DNA of 64,000 nt from an uncultured Bacilli bacterium (GTDB lineage: Bacteria > Bacillota_I > Bacilli_A > RF39 > UBA660): NCBI GenBank assembly GCA_934177545.1, contig CAKPPI010000001.1:4255-68254 (forward strand), given 5' to 3'. The translations under genes were made by a program, and so were the position numbers. This document shows positions 41,640-51,440 of this stretch, piece by piece. The notes beneath the pieces were generated by a model. That model was not told the origin of the DNA and did not search any database. It saw only the letters and a program-made list of their open reading frames with translations. Positions within the stretch are counted from its first letter, which is position 1. The number at the start of each line of letters is the position of its first letter.

Positions 41640-42461
41640 TTATCCTAATTTAATAATACTAACCCTTGCTCCTGTATTACTATCAAGTGTTAAGGTAAGT
41701 CCTGTTGCTGAATTAGCTACAAAATCTATAACATCTCCTGTAGCTAGAGTAGTAATGATACTTCCTGTGAATAATTTATTTTCATTAGCAGGAGCATTTA
41801 AAGTAATAGAGCTGCTATCAATTTCTGTATTATTTTTTCTAACAAATACGGTTATATCTGCTTGTTGGGAACTAGAAGCATCTAATAAATAGTAGATTTG
41901 GTAAGTACCAGCATCTCCTACAGTAATAGCATTAGAAGTAGTATAAGTAGTATTTAAACTAGGACCATTTGTTTGTAAAGGAATTTGTCCATCTTGATTA
42001 GGAGTAAGCGTTACTGTTTCAGCACCTTCTGTGTATCTTTCACCGTATGCTGCTATTCCTCCAGTAGGTCCAGTAGGTCCAGTGGGTCCTGTAGGTCCAG
42101 TAGGACCAGTTGCTCCAGTTAAACCAATAGGACCAATATTACCCTGAGGTCCAGTTGGCCCTGTTGGCCCAGTAGGACCCGTAGCACCTGTAGCACCAGT
42201 TAAACCAATAGGACCAATATTACCTTGAGGCCCAGTAGGTCCAGTGGGTCCTATACTTCCTCTTGGAATAGAAAAGTCTAAGATGACATTCTCATTAGTT
42301 CCACTATTAGTAACCGAAGCATTACTACCAGCATCAGTTGTAGTAGTAGTTCCTACCGTAATAGTAGCAGCACCAGCGGGTCCAGTAGGTCCAGTGGGTC
42401 CTTGTACATAACAAAACTTACATCTTGTTTTTTCTTTATTTTCATTACAGTTATCAAACAT
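41640..42461 (-). CDS. collagen-like triple-helix repeat protein with a C-terminal globular (BclA/C1q-like) domain
   Basis: More than 40 G-X-Y triplets ([22 protein letters not shown]...). It contains an ~81-bp internal direct repeat. Local GC is elevated. Confidence 0.8.
   Translation of the reverse strand: MFDNCNENKEKTRCKFCYVQGPTGPTGPAGAATITVGTTTTTDAGSNASVTNSGTNENVILDFSIPRGSIGPTGPTGPQGNIGPIGLTGATGATGPTGPTGPTGPQGNIGPIGLTGATGPTGPTGPTGPTGPTGGIAAYGERYTEGAETVTLTPNQDGQIPLQTNGPSLNTTYTTSNAITVGDAGTYQIYYLLDASSSQQADITVFVRKNNTEIDSSSITLNAPANENKLFTGSIITTLATGDVIDFVANSATGLTLTLDSNTGARVSIIKLG
42058..42255 (-). repeat. GXY collagen triplet repeat tract containing an ~81-bp direct duplication
   Basis: The unit ccagttaaaccaataggaccaatattacc(c/t)tgagg occurs twice about 81 bp apart. 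Confidence 0.7.
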
Positions 42462-42760
42462 GTTTTTTTCTCCTTTCCTTATAGTTTATGCGAGTGAAAT
42501 ATTAGTTTTTAATAAATTTGTCTTATATGCTTTAATTTGTGATGAATAAATAAAAAAAGAAGAAATTATTATTGGGACAATAATGTTATTTGGCAGTTTT
42601 AAATATTAGTGGAGATAATGATAGAGACAGAAGATTTATCTTTAAAGTATTCTACTAGCTATATTTAAATAAACTAGACATAAAAATAGTAATAAATTAA
42701 AGGAATCACTAATACTCATAATGATTCCTTTTTAATATCATTTTTATAATATACTTAGAA

Positions 42761-43657
42761 TTAGTTATGTAATAAGAAATTAATCATTTGCTTAACTTCA
42801 TCTTCAGTCAATGTTATATCTTCACCAACTAATCCAATAATAGGGTGAATCCCATCTTTTTTATGAAAGTCTGAACCGATTGTTGTCTTTAAATTGTGTT
42901 TTTTAGCAAAATCATTCCAACGGACTATATCATTATGTTTGATATCATTACGATCTATATAAATATAGTTCGTTTCTATTCCATCTGGTTGCATTTCCAT
43001 AACTAACTTTTCGATATCTTCTTCTGTTAGATTATCTTCATAACTATATGCAACAGGATGAGCTAAAATAACCTTGCCACCGGCTTTATGTATAAGAGAA
43101 GAGGCTTCTTTTGGGCTAATCGTTTCTTTTTTTACATAAGCAGGACAACCTTCATTCATAATAGTTTCGATAAATTCTCCCATTTGGGGAACATAACCAA
43201 AAACTTCCTTTAATTTAGCTTCATTTTCTTTGTTTCCTATTACATCATTGGCAATATGAGCTTTTGTTACGGCATCTATTTTGTCAAGTTCATCTACTGC
43301 TACTTTATATCCTAATTCTTCTAGCTTTTTAGCAACATTTCTCAAGTATATATGTCTAGCATTTCTTAGATTATATAATTTTTCTCTAAACTCTTTATTG
43401 TTTAAATCAAAGTTGTAACCTAAAACATGTATACCACATTTCTTGGTTTTAGTAGAGATCTCTACACCTGGTATTAACTTAATACCTTTTTCTTTAGCAT
43501 ATTCAAAAAGCTCTTCATTATAAGCCTCAATTGTATCGTGATCACATATCGCAATAGTACTTACTTTATTTGTTAAAGCCTCATCTATAACTTCTCTTGG
43601 TGTTAAAGCACCATCTGAACAGACAGTGTGAATATGTAAATCTATTAATTTTTCCAT
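42761..43657 (-). CDS. PHP-domain phosphoesterase (TrpH/YciV-like)
   Basis: The N-terminal LIDLHIHTVCSDGALTP motif, then AICDHDT and LAHP metal-binding motifs. 298 aa. Confidence 0.6.
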   Translation of the reverse strand: MEKLIDLHIHTVCSDGALTPREVIDEALTNKVSTIAICDHDTIEAYNEELFEYAKEKGIKLIPGVEISTKTKKCGIHVLGYNFDLNNKEFREKLYNLRNARHIYLRNVAKKLEELGYKVAVDELDKIDAVTKAHIANDVIGNKENEAKLKEVFGYVPQMGEFIETIMNEGCPAYVKKETISPKEASSLIHKAGGKVILAHPVAYSYEDNLTEEDIEKLVMEMQPDGIETNYIYIDRNDIKHNDIVRWNDFAKKHNLKTTIGSDFHKKDGIHPIIGLVGEDITLTEDEVKQMINFLLHN

Positions 43658-44601
43658 GAATTTATTCTCCTTTTATATAATTTTTGTAATGTTTTATTTT
43701 CAAATCTCCTTTTCACAGAATCAGGAGATACTGAATCAAGTATTTTAACGGTTTCTTTTTCTGTCAACGTAGAAGCAACTGTGCTTCTGGCATAATCAAG
43801 CTTTTGTTTTAAAGTTTCTTCAAAGTTAAATTCACTCATACTATATAAGAAATCTAGTGTGAAATTATAAGCTTCATCATCTTTTTGCCATTTTTTTCTT
43901 AGTGAATCTGGCAGTATAGGTAGATATGGTATAGTATTCGTTTTAACTGAATTAATAACTGTAAAAGGAACTTGATCTAATAGTTTACTTAATTCTGAAT
44001 ATTTTATAACATGAATATCAAGTGGTAGCATTTTTCTAGGCATTTTACCATTTTCCAAATCATTAATAGTTTCTTTAAAATCCTTAATTGTCTGAATTGG
44101 ATTTACATCCGATGTATGCATATCAAGGGAATCAAATGTTTCCTTCAATTCTTTTTTAGCATCATCTACTTTAGAATCTTCACAGACCATCCACATATCA
44201 ATATCAGGTAAGCGATTTATTATTTTTCTAGGTTTTAATCCTTTTTCTAATCTAGGACAAGGAATACAGATTTGTTTTAAATCTTCCATATAAGGACCAT
44301 TTATTGGTAGGCAACTTTCGCAAGGCCATTTTTTTAACTTTGATTTTAATATAGTATTTTTTAATTCCTCATTATAACGCAATTGTTCTTGTATAATGGG
44401 TAATTTTCCTTCAAAGTTTTTATCTAGTGTATAAAATGGATAGCCAGTTCCAAATGATCCACAATATCCTGTTGTAAACTGCATAACTTCATTAATAATA
44501 TCAATATTCTTTTTTATGTACATTTTTTTAATATTATTATCTTCAAAATTACTTCTTTCAAATTTATTGGACCCTTCTACTGCTTCTAAACAAATATTCA
44601 T
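43645..44601 (-). CDS. hypothetical protein with a Pol-beta-like nucleotidyltransferase signature and an inserted CxxC...CxxC zinc ribbon
   Basis: GYCGSFGTG (hG[GS]), RLPDIDMWMV (DhDh), LPLDIHVI (third acidic residue), CESC...CIPCPR. Start taken at the internal Met (MNICLEAV) preceded by a GAGGGGGG RBS. It overlaps the PHP gene by 13 nt. Confidence 0.45.
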   Translation of the reverse strand: MNICLEAVEGSNKFERSNFEDNNIKKMYIKKNIDIINEVMQFTTGYCGSFGTGYPFYTLDKNFEGKLPIIQEQLRYNEELKNTILKSKLKKWPCESCLPINGPYMEDLKQICIPCPRLEKGLKPRKIINRLPDIDMWMVCEDSKVDDAKKELKETFDSLDMHTSDVNPIQTIKDFKETINDLENGKMPRKMLPLDIHVIKYSELSKLLDQVPFTVINSVKTNTIPYLPILPDSLRKKWQKDDEAYNFTLDFLYSMSEFNFEETLKQKLDYARSTVASTLTEKETVKILDSVSPDSVKRRFENKTLQKLYKRRINSWKN

Positions 44602-44855
44602 ATAAATTCCCCCCTCATTTTTTAGAAAAGATAGCATGTGTAATAGCTATTTACAAAGATATCTTCTCTTTATAATTTACTACTTAATTTAATTTTGGGT
44701 ATTAATATATGTAAAAATGTGTTGATATTATATCATGAGATAATAACATAAGTCAATCTTATTTTGAGTAAAGTGACTGAATTTATGATTAACTTATGAT
44801 AATGTCTTAAGCGTTAGATATATTTCTTGTTCAATTCTAGATATAATTTTATGTT

Positions 44856-45260
44856 TTAGTTGCTGTTAGTATTTATTAAATTACTATAGTATTTGGTTTT
44901 ACCAGTTAAAACACAATCATGGAAATTTTGCTTTTTATAAATATAGTTAATACTGTCATCTATTTCTTTTTTCTTATTGTTAAGTTCCAAAAGTTTATCA
45001 TTTAATATTTCTTTTCGTCTAGGAATAGAAGTTTCACTTTCTAGACAAAGTAGCATATACTCCTTAATCTCTTTAATGCTCATTCCACATCTCTTAAGAC
45101 AAGCAAGAGTATCTAACCAGGCAAGATCTTTATCATCAAATACTCTATAGTTATTTTTATTTCTTTTAACATTAGGAACTAATCCTTCATTACACTAATA
45201 CTTTAAACTATCATAAGATAGATTTCTTATTCTACATACTTCTTTCATTGAATATAACAT
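44856..45260 (-). pseudogene. MerR-family transcriptional regulator interrupted by an in-frame TAG
   Basis: The translation MLYSMKEVCRIRNLSYDSLKY*CNEGLVP...KDLAWLDTLACLKRCGMSIKEIKEYM shows the MerR HTH with a TAG (45195-45197) where MerR proteins normally carry Tyr. Only the 75-aa C-terminal ORF remains. Confidence 0.55.
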
Positions 45261-45272
45261 TTTACCCCCCAC

Positions 45273-46115
45273 CTATTTTATTACTTTTTCTTTAACTAGC
45301 ATTGGAATAGTATGTAACATGTAAGTACATTGATCATTTAGCATACAGTAATTTTCTAATCTACTAAATGATTTGGTTATATCAGAAGATTTGTTATTAT
45401 CTTTATTTGCTGATAGTAGCTTCTTACTTAACTCTTCTTTAGAATAATCTGATTTGATCTTATTTTGTTTAAATAAATCTTCAATAGTAAGTCTTATTTG
45501 TTGCTTTGAGTCTACTTGATTAATCATCTCTTTCATTTTTAGTAGTTGTTCTTTTGTGTAATGGTACTTATTTTGAATACATCTATCAAAATAAGTTAGT
45601 AATAAATCAGTTTGACTATTGTCTAATAGTTCATAATCTAACATATATGAAACCATATCTAGTTTTTTATCAATCATATCGTATCTCTTATAAAAAGGAT
45701 CTTCATCATATTCTATTCTTGCAAAAGATCTTGCAAAAAAATCAAATATCGTATAACCAGAAGTGAATGGTTCTATGCCTAAATCAACCTTATAATTATG
45801 TAAGATGTAATCTGCTAACTCCAAGCCGAAATTTTGTGGATTAACAGCTAAATTACCAAATACAGTTTCATTTCTTTTATATATACTGTTTTCAAACGGA
45901 TCGGTATAAGTTTTTACATGATTAATATCAAAACTTTTCTCTAATAACTTAGTTTCTGATGCTAAAACAATAAGCTTCAATGATTTCAGAGCATCAACAT
46001 TAGTTCTTCTTGCTAAGTATATACCCAGCTCATTTAAATTTTCTAAATCTTTAGTAGTATCATTCAATATATGAATTCCACTTTCTACATAACAGTTCAT
46101 AATAACACCTCTCAT
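45273..46115 (-). CDS. hypothetical protein (280 aa), co-oriented upstream of the disrupted merR
   Basis: ORF only. No recognised motifs. Confidence 0.45.
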   Translation of the reverse strand: MRGVIMNCYVESGIHILNDTTKDLENLNELGIYLARRTNVDALKSLKLIVLASETKLLEKSFDINHVKTYTDPFENSIYKRNETVFGNLAVNPQNFGLELADYILHNYKVDLGIEPFTSGYTIFDFFARSFARIEYDEDPFYKRYDMIDKKLDMVSYMLDYELLDNSQTDLLLTYFDRCIQNKYHYTKEQLLKMKEMINQVDSKQQIRLTIEDLFKQNKIKSDYSKEELSKKLLSANKDNNKSSDITKSFSRLENYCMLNDQCTYMLHTIPMLVKEKVIK

Positions 46116-46339
46116 TGTTAATTATTATAGCATGGATGTTAATAAACTAAAGTTAAAACTTAATAATTCGTAAATTATGATTTTTTAACTTTGACGTATT
46201 TATGACTTTCTATATTAACATTTATAATAGTTAAAGAATTTAAGTATAAGACAAAGTATGATAGAGATTTTAAAGCAAGCGTGAATATAATGCTTGAAGG
46301 TTTAAAAATATATATACAGAACTTAATTTAAAATAAAAT

Positions 46340-46462
46340 TCAGCGAAAAATAATAGGGTAGTGACCATCCGATATTGGTCTTTTAAGAACTAATTTAGTT
46401 TGGTGAAGCAGAAATGCCTTACCGTGAGGTAAGGCTGCTGAAAATTTGTTTTCAGTTTTGTT
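46340..46462 (+). ncRNA. candidate small RNA or orphan terminator element upstream of the nitroreductase gene
   Basis: Hairpin gacca-tccgatat-tggtc, then a strong stem gcag-aaat-gccttacc-GTGA-ggtaaggc-tgctg followed by aaaatttgtttt. There is no plus-strand CDS upstream. The nitroreductase gene has its own -10 TATAAT downstream of this element. Confidence 0.35.
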
Positions 46463-46502
46463 CAAGAAATTGTTATAATAACTGTAGAAAGAAGGATAGA
46501 TA

Positions 46503-47009
46503 ATGGAATTTGATAAAGTAATAAGAAAAAGAACAGCTACTAGAAGTTTTAAAAGTGATGAGGTAAGTGATAGTAAGATAAGTAAAATATTAGAAGCAGG
46601 AAGAGTGGCACCAACTGCTAAGAATAAACAACCACAATTAGTACTTGTAGCTAAAAGCAAGGAAGCACTAGAAAAGATAGATAAACTAACTAACTTTAGA
46701 TATAATGCTCCAGTAGTTTTAGTTGTTTGTAGTGATAAAGATATAGCCTTTAAAAATAGAGAAAATACTTGCTATATAATAGATGCTACAATAGTTGCTA
46801 CTCATATGATGTTAGAAGCTACTAACCAGGGACTTGATAATATTTGGATAGAGATGTTTGATAAAGAGATGTTAAAGAAAGAATTTAATCTTAATGATAA
46901 TATAGAACCTATTTGTTTGTTACCAATTGGTTATAAAACTGATGATTACCTAGAAAGTCCTATGCATAATGTTAGAAAAGAATTAGAAGAGATGGTAAGA
47001 TACGTGTAA
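46503..47009 (+). CDS. nitroreductase family protein
   Basis: RTATRSFKSDEVSD...ILEAGRVAPTAKNKQP nitroreductase motifs. 168 aa. Confidence 0.75.
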   Translation: MEFDKVIRKRTATRSFKSDEVSDSKISKILEAGRVAPTAKNKQPQLVLVAKSKEALEKIDKLTNFRYNAPVVLVVCSDKDIAFKNRENTCYIIDATIVATHMMLEATNQGLDNIWIEMFDKEMLKKEFNLNDNIEPICLLPIGYKTDDYLESPMHNVRKELEEMVRYV

Positions 47010-47087
47010 AGTTTAATACTTCTAATAACTAATAATTGACTAATACTTAAGAAAAGACTTAAAATAAATTAAGAAAGAGGTGTTAGT

Positions 47088-47642
47088 ATGTATCAAGCAT
47101 ATTATAAAAAACAAAGGAGAAAGAGTATAATAATTATTACTTTTTTAATAGTATTTTCTCTTGTATCTACTTATCTTATATATGAAAAATTTGCAAACTC
47201 TAGAAATAAAGATTATGATACTGGGGAAATGGAAGTTGTCTTTCATGAGAAGAATGGTAATGAAATATCACTTGATAAATTTACACCTGTAACTGATGCA
47301 ATTGGTCTTTCTAGCCCTAGTTATACTTTTACTGTGAAGAATAACACCGATAAGAAAGTTAAGTATAGTATTAAATTAGTAACTAATAAAGAAAAGATAC
47401 AGCAAGATAATTGTGACAATAAGCAAATACCTAAAGAACTACTAAAATTAAGTTTTAGAAAAGATCATCAAACACCTGTTGCTTATGTTTTATCAGAATT
47501 TCCTAATGATGTTATTTATGAAGATAGTCTAAAACCTAATAGTAGTGAAGACTATTCTATTAGATTGTGGGCTATGAATAGTAATTTTACTTTAGATAAA
47601 ACAAGTCATTATCATGCATTGATAGAGGTAGTAGAAGAATGA
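47088..47642 (+). CDS. hypothetical secreted or membrane-anchored protein (184 aa)
   Basis: An N-terminal TM or signal segment IIIITFLIVFSLVSTYLIY. No family recognised. Confidence 0.45.
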   Translation: MYQAYYKKQRRKSIIIITFLIVFSLVSTYLIYEKFANSRNKDYDTGEMEVVFHEKNGNEISLDKFTPVTDAIGLSSPSYTFTVKNNTDKKVKYSIKLVTNKEKIQQDNCDNKQIPKELLKLSFRKDHQTPVAYVLSEFPNDVIYEDSLKPNSSEDYSIRLWAMNSNFTLDKTSHYHALIEVVEE

Positions 47643-47819
47643 GACTAAATCAAAAGGGATTTGCTGTTTCGACTATTTTATATGGTTTATTATTAGTTAT
47701 GAGTTTTGTTATTTTCTTACTTTTAAGTTTAACTAGTTTTGAGCAAAAAAATAATAATGACTATACTAAAACTATTATTAGTGAATTAAATGATTGCATG
47801 GACGAAGGAAGTTGTTAAC
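47640..47819 (+). CDS. small membrane protein (59 aa) with a prepilin-like N-terminus
   Basis: MRLNQKGFAVSTILYGLLLVMSFVIF. Its start overlaps the upstream stop (ATGA). Not in the ORF track because it is under 60 aa. Confidence 0.3.
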
Positions 47820-47847
47820 ACTTCTTTTTATTTTTTAGCAAAATCTA

Positions 47848-47876
47848 TTGACAAGTGCCAACTAAATGCATACAAT
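47848..47876 (+). promoter_or_regulatory. sigma-A promoter of the hrcA-grpE-dnaK operon
   Basis: -35 TTGACA (47848-53), 17-nt spacer, -10 TACAAT (47871-76). Confidence 0.65.
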
Positions 47877-47880
47877 ATTA

Positions 47881-47906
47881 TTAGCACTTAGGAAAAAGAG
47901 TGCTAA
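47881..47906 (+). promoter_or_regulatory. CIRCE operator (HrcA binding site)
   Basis: TTAGCACTT-aggaaaaa-GAGTGCTAA is a near-consensus inverted repeat immediately upstream of hrcA. Confidence 0.85.
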
Positions 47907-47920
47907 GGTGGTGCTTAATA

Positions 47921-48913
47921 ATGGATATGTTATCAAAAAGACAAGAACAATTATTAAAAATGATTGTTGAAAATTATATAAAGCAAGCAACTCCCGTTAG
48001 TAGTAAGCAACTATGTAAAAAACTAAAATGTTCTAGTGCTACTATTAGGAGTGAGATGGCAAATCTTGAAGAGGCAGGACTCTTAGAAAAAACACATACA
48101 TCCAGTGGTAGAATACCTAGTCAAAAAGGATATCGTTATTATGTAGATAACTTATTGAAACCTAGAAGAATGAATGGTGAAGATATGTTAAATCTACAGA
48201 TAATTTTACATAATCAATCATTAGAATTATCAGATTGTATTTCTAAGAGCTTGCAATTAGTTTCTGATATGACTAGTTATACAGCAGTAGTATTAGGTCA
48301 AACTTCTCATGATAACTTATTAAAAGAAGTTAATGTTGTTCCCTTGGCTGATAATCAGTTAATAATGATAGTAGTGACTGATAAAGGAAAAGTGGAACAT
48401 AAGACGGTAACGCTAGATCAAGTTAATATGAACGATGTTAAGAAAACGGTTGATTTGATTAATAAACTAATAGTTGGTACACCAATTGATGAGATTAGTA
48501 CTAAACTTGAGTTTGAAATTAAACCAATCATTGGAAACTATGTTGAGCAACATGAAAAACTATATGATGTTATTTATCACGTCTTTGATGATTTAACTCA
48601 TCCTGATATCAATGTAGTAGGAAGAACTAAATTTTTGGAACAACCAGAGTTTGGTAGCATTGATAAAGTAAAAGGGTTATTTGCTAAGTTAGATGATCAA
48701 GACTTAATAAAAGAAATTAAACAAGATAATTCTAATAATATTGAGGTTTATATCGGAAGTGAAAATAATATTGATTCTGATGTAACCGTTATAAAGACTG
48801 GCTTTAAAACGAAAAATGAGGAAGGAACAATTGCTATAATTGGACCAAAGAGAATGGAATATGAGCGAGTTATGAGTTTACTAGAATTTATTAAAGATAA
48901 TATTGAAGGGTGA
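47921..48913 (+). CDS. hrcA: heat-inducible transcription repressor HrcA
   Basis: N-terminal winged HTH MLSKRQEQLLKMIVENYIKQATPVSSKQL. Start ATG at 47921 with an AAGGTGGTG RBS. Confidence 0.9.
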   Translation: MDMLSKRQEQLLKMIVENYIKQATPVSSKQLCKKLKCSSATIRSEMANLEEAGLLEKTHTSSGRIPSQKGYRYYVDNLLKPRRMNGEDMLNLQIILHNQSLELSDCISKSLQLVSDMTSYTAVVLGQTSHDNLLKEVNVVPLADNQLIMIVVTDKGKVEHKTVTLDQVNMNDVKKTVDLINKLIVGTPIDEISTKLEFEIKPIIGNYVEQHEKLYDVIYHVFDDLTHPDINVVGRTKFLEQPEFGSIDKVKGLFAKLDDQDLIKEIKQDNSNNIEVYIGSENNIDSDVTVIKTGFKTKNEEGTIAIIGPKRMEYERVMSLLEFIKDNIEG

Positions 48914-49545
48914 TGAAAATGGAAAAAGAACATAAAAAGCATAAACATGAGCATAATAATCAAGAGAAACATGAAGAGAAGAAATGTAATTGTGAGAAAA
49001 CTTGTGCATGTCAAGATGAAAAATGTGAATGTAAGCATGATAAAGTAGAAGAAAGGCAAACAGAAGAAATTGAAAAATTAAGAAATCAATTAACAGAAAT
49101 CTTAAATGAAAAACAAAACTTGTTAGAAAAATTACAATATAGTAAAGCAGAAATGATTAATTATCGTAAACGTAAAGAAGAAGAAACTGATAATAAATTA
49201 AAGTATGCTAATCAAGATTTAATCTTAGAAATAATACCAGTACTTGATAATTTTGAGAGGGCTATTAAGTTAGATGATAATGATTTAACTGATGAGTTAT
49301 CAAAATTCTTAACTGGTTTTAAGATGATGTATGCTTCCCTTTGTGAAGTGTTAAAAAAATTTGGTGTTGAAGAAATCGACTGTGAGGGTAAAGAATTTGA
49401 TGCCAATACTATGCAAGCACTAATGACTGATAGTGATTCTAACTTTGGAGATGAGATAGTTTTAGATGTATTATTAAAAGGATATCGTTTAAAAGATAGA
49501 GTTATTAGACCAGCTAGTGTAAAAGTAAATAAGATAGAGAAATAG
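48910..49545 (+). CDS. grpE: nucleotide exchange factor GrpE with an N-terminal Cys/His-rich extension
   Basis: GrpE core (IPVLDNFERA...). The first ~45 aa are rich in His, Lys and Cys (KHKHEHNNQEKHEEKKCNCEKTCACQDEKCECKHDK). Confidence 0.85.
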   Translation: MMKMEKEHKKHKHEHNNQEKHEEKKCNCEKTCACQDEKCECKHDKVEERQTEEIEKLRNQLTEILNEKQNLLEKLQYSKAEMINYRKRKEEETDNKLKYANQDLILEIIPVLDNFERAIKLDDNDLTDELSKFLTGFKMMYASLCEVLKKFGVEEIDCEGKEFDANTMQALMTDSDSNFGDEIVLDVLLKGYRLKDRVIRPASVKVNKIEK

Positions 49546-51384
<1,839 letters not shown>

Positions 51385-51388
51385 TAAT

Positions 51389-51418
51389 CTAAAAGTTCTA
51401 GGTGACTAGAACTTTTAG
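51389..51418 (+). promoter_or_regulatory. perfect 13-bp hairpin with GTGA tetraloop, no U-tract, directly after dnaK
   Basis: ctaaaagttctag-GTGA-ctagaacttttag. It may be an attenuator or an RNA stability/processing element separating dnaK from the downstream genes. Confidence 0.5.
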
Positions 51419-51440
51419 CCTAATAATAGAAAGAGGATAT

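Noticed and set aside
42058-42255. The collagen GXY tract considered as a CRISPR-like or other noncoding repeat.
   Set aside because: The repeats are in-frame Gly-X-Y codons inside a long ORF with a structured C-terminal domain. There is no spacer/repeat architecture and there are no cas genes.
46340-46660. 106-aa minus-strand ORF spanning the nitroreductase upstream region.
   Set aside because: It is antisense to the nitroreductase 5' end and to the structured intergenic element. It is hydrophobic low-complexity and unlikely to be real.
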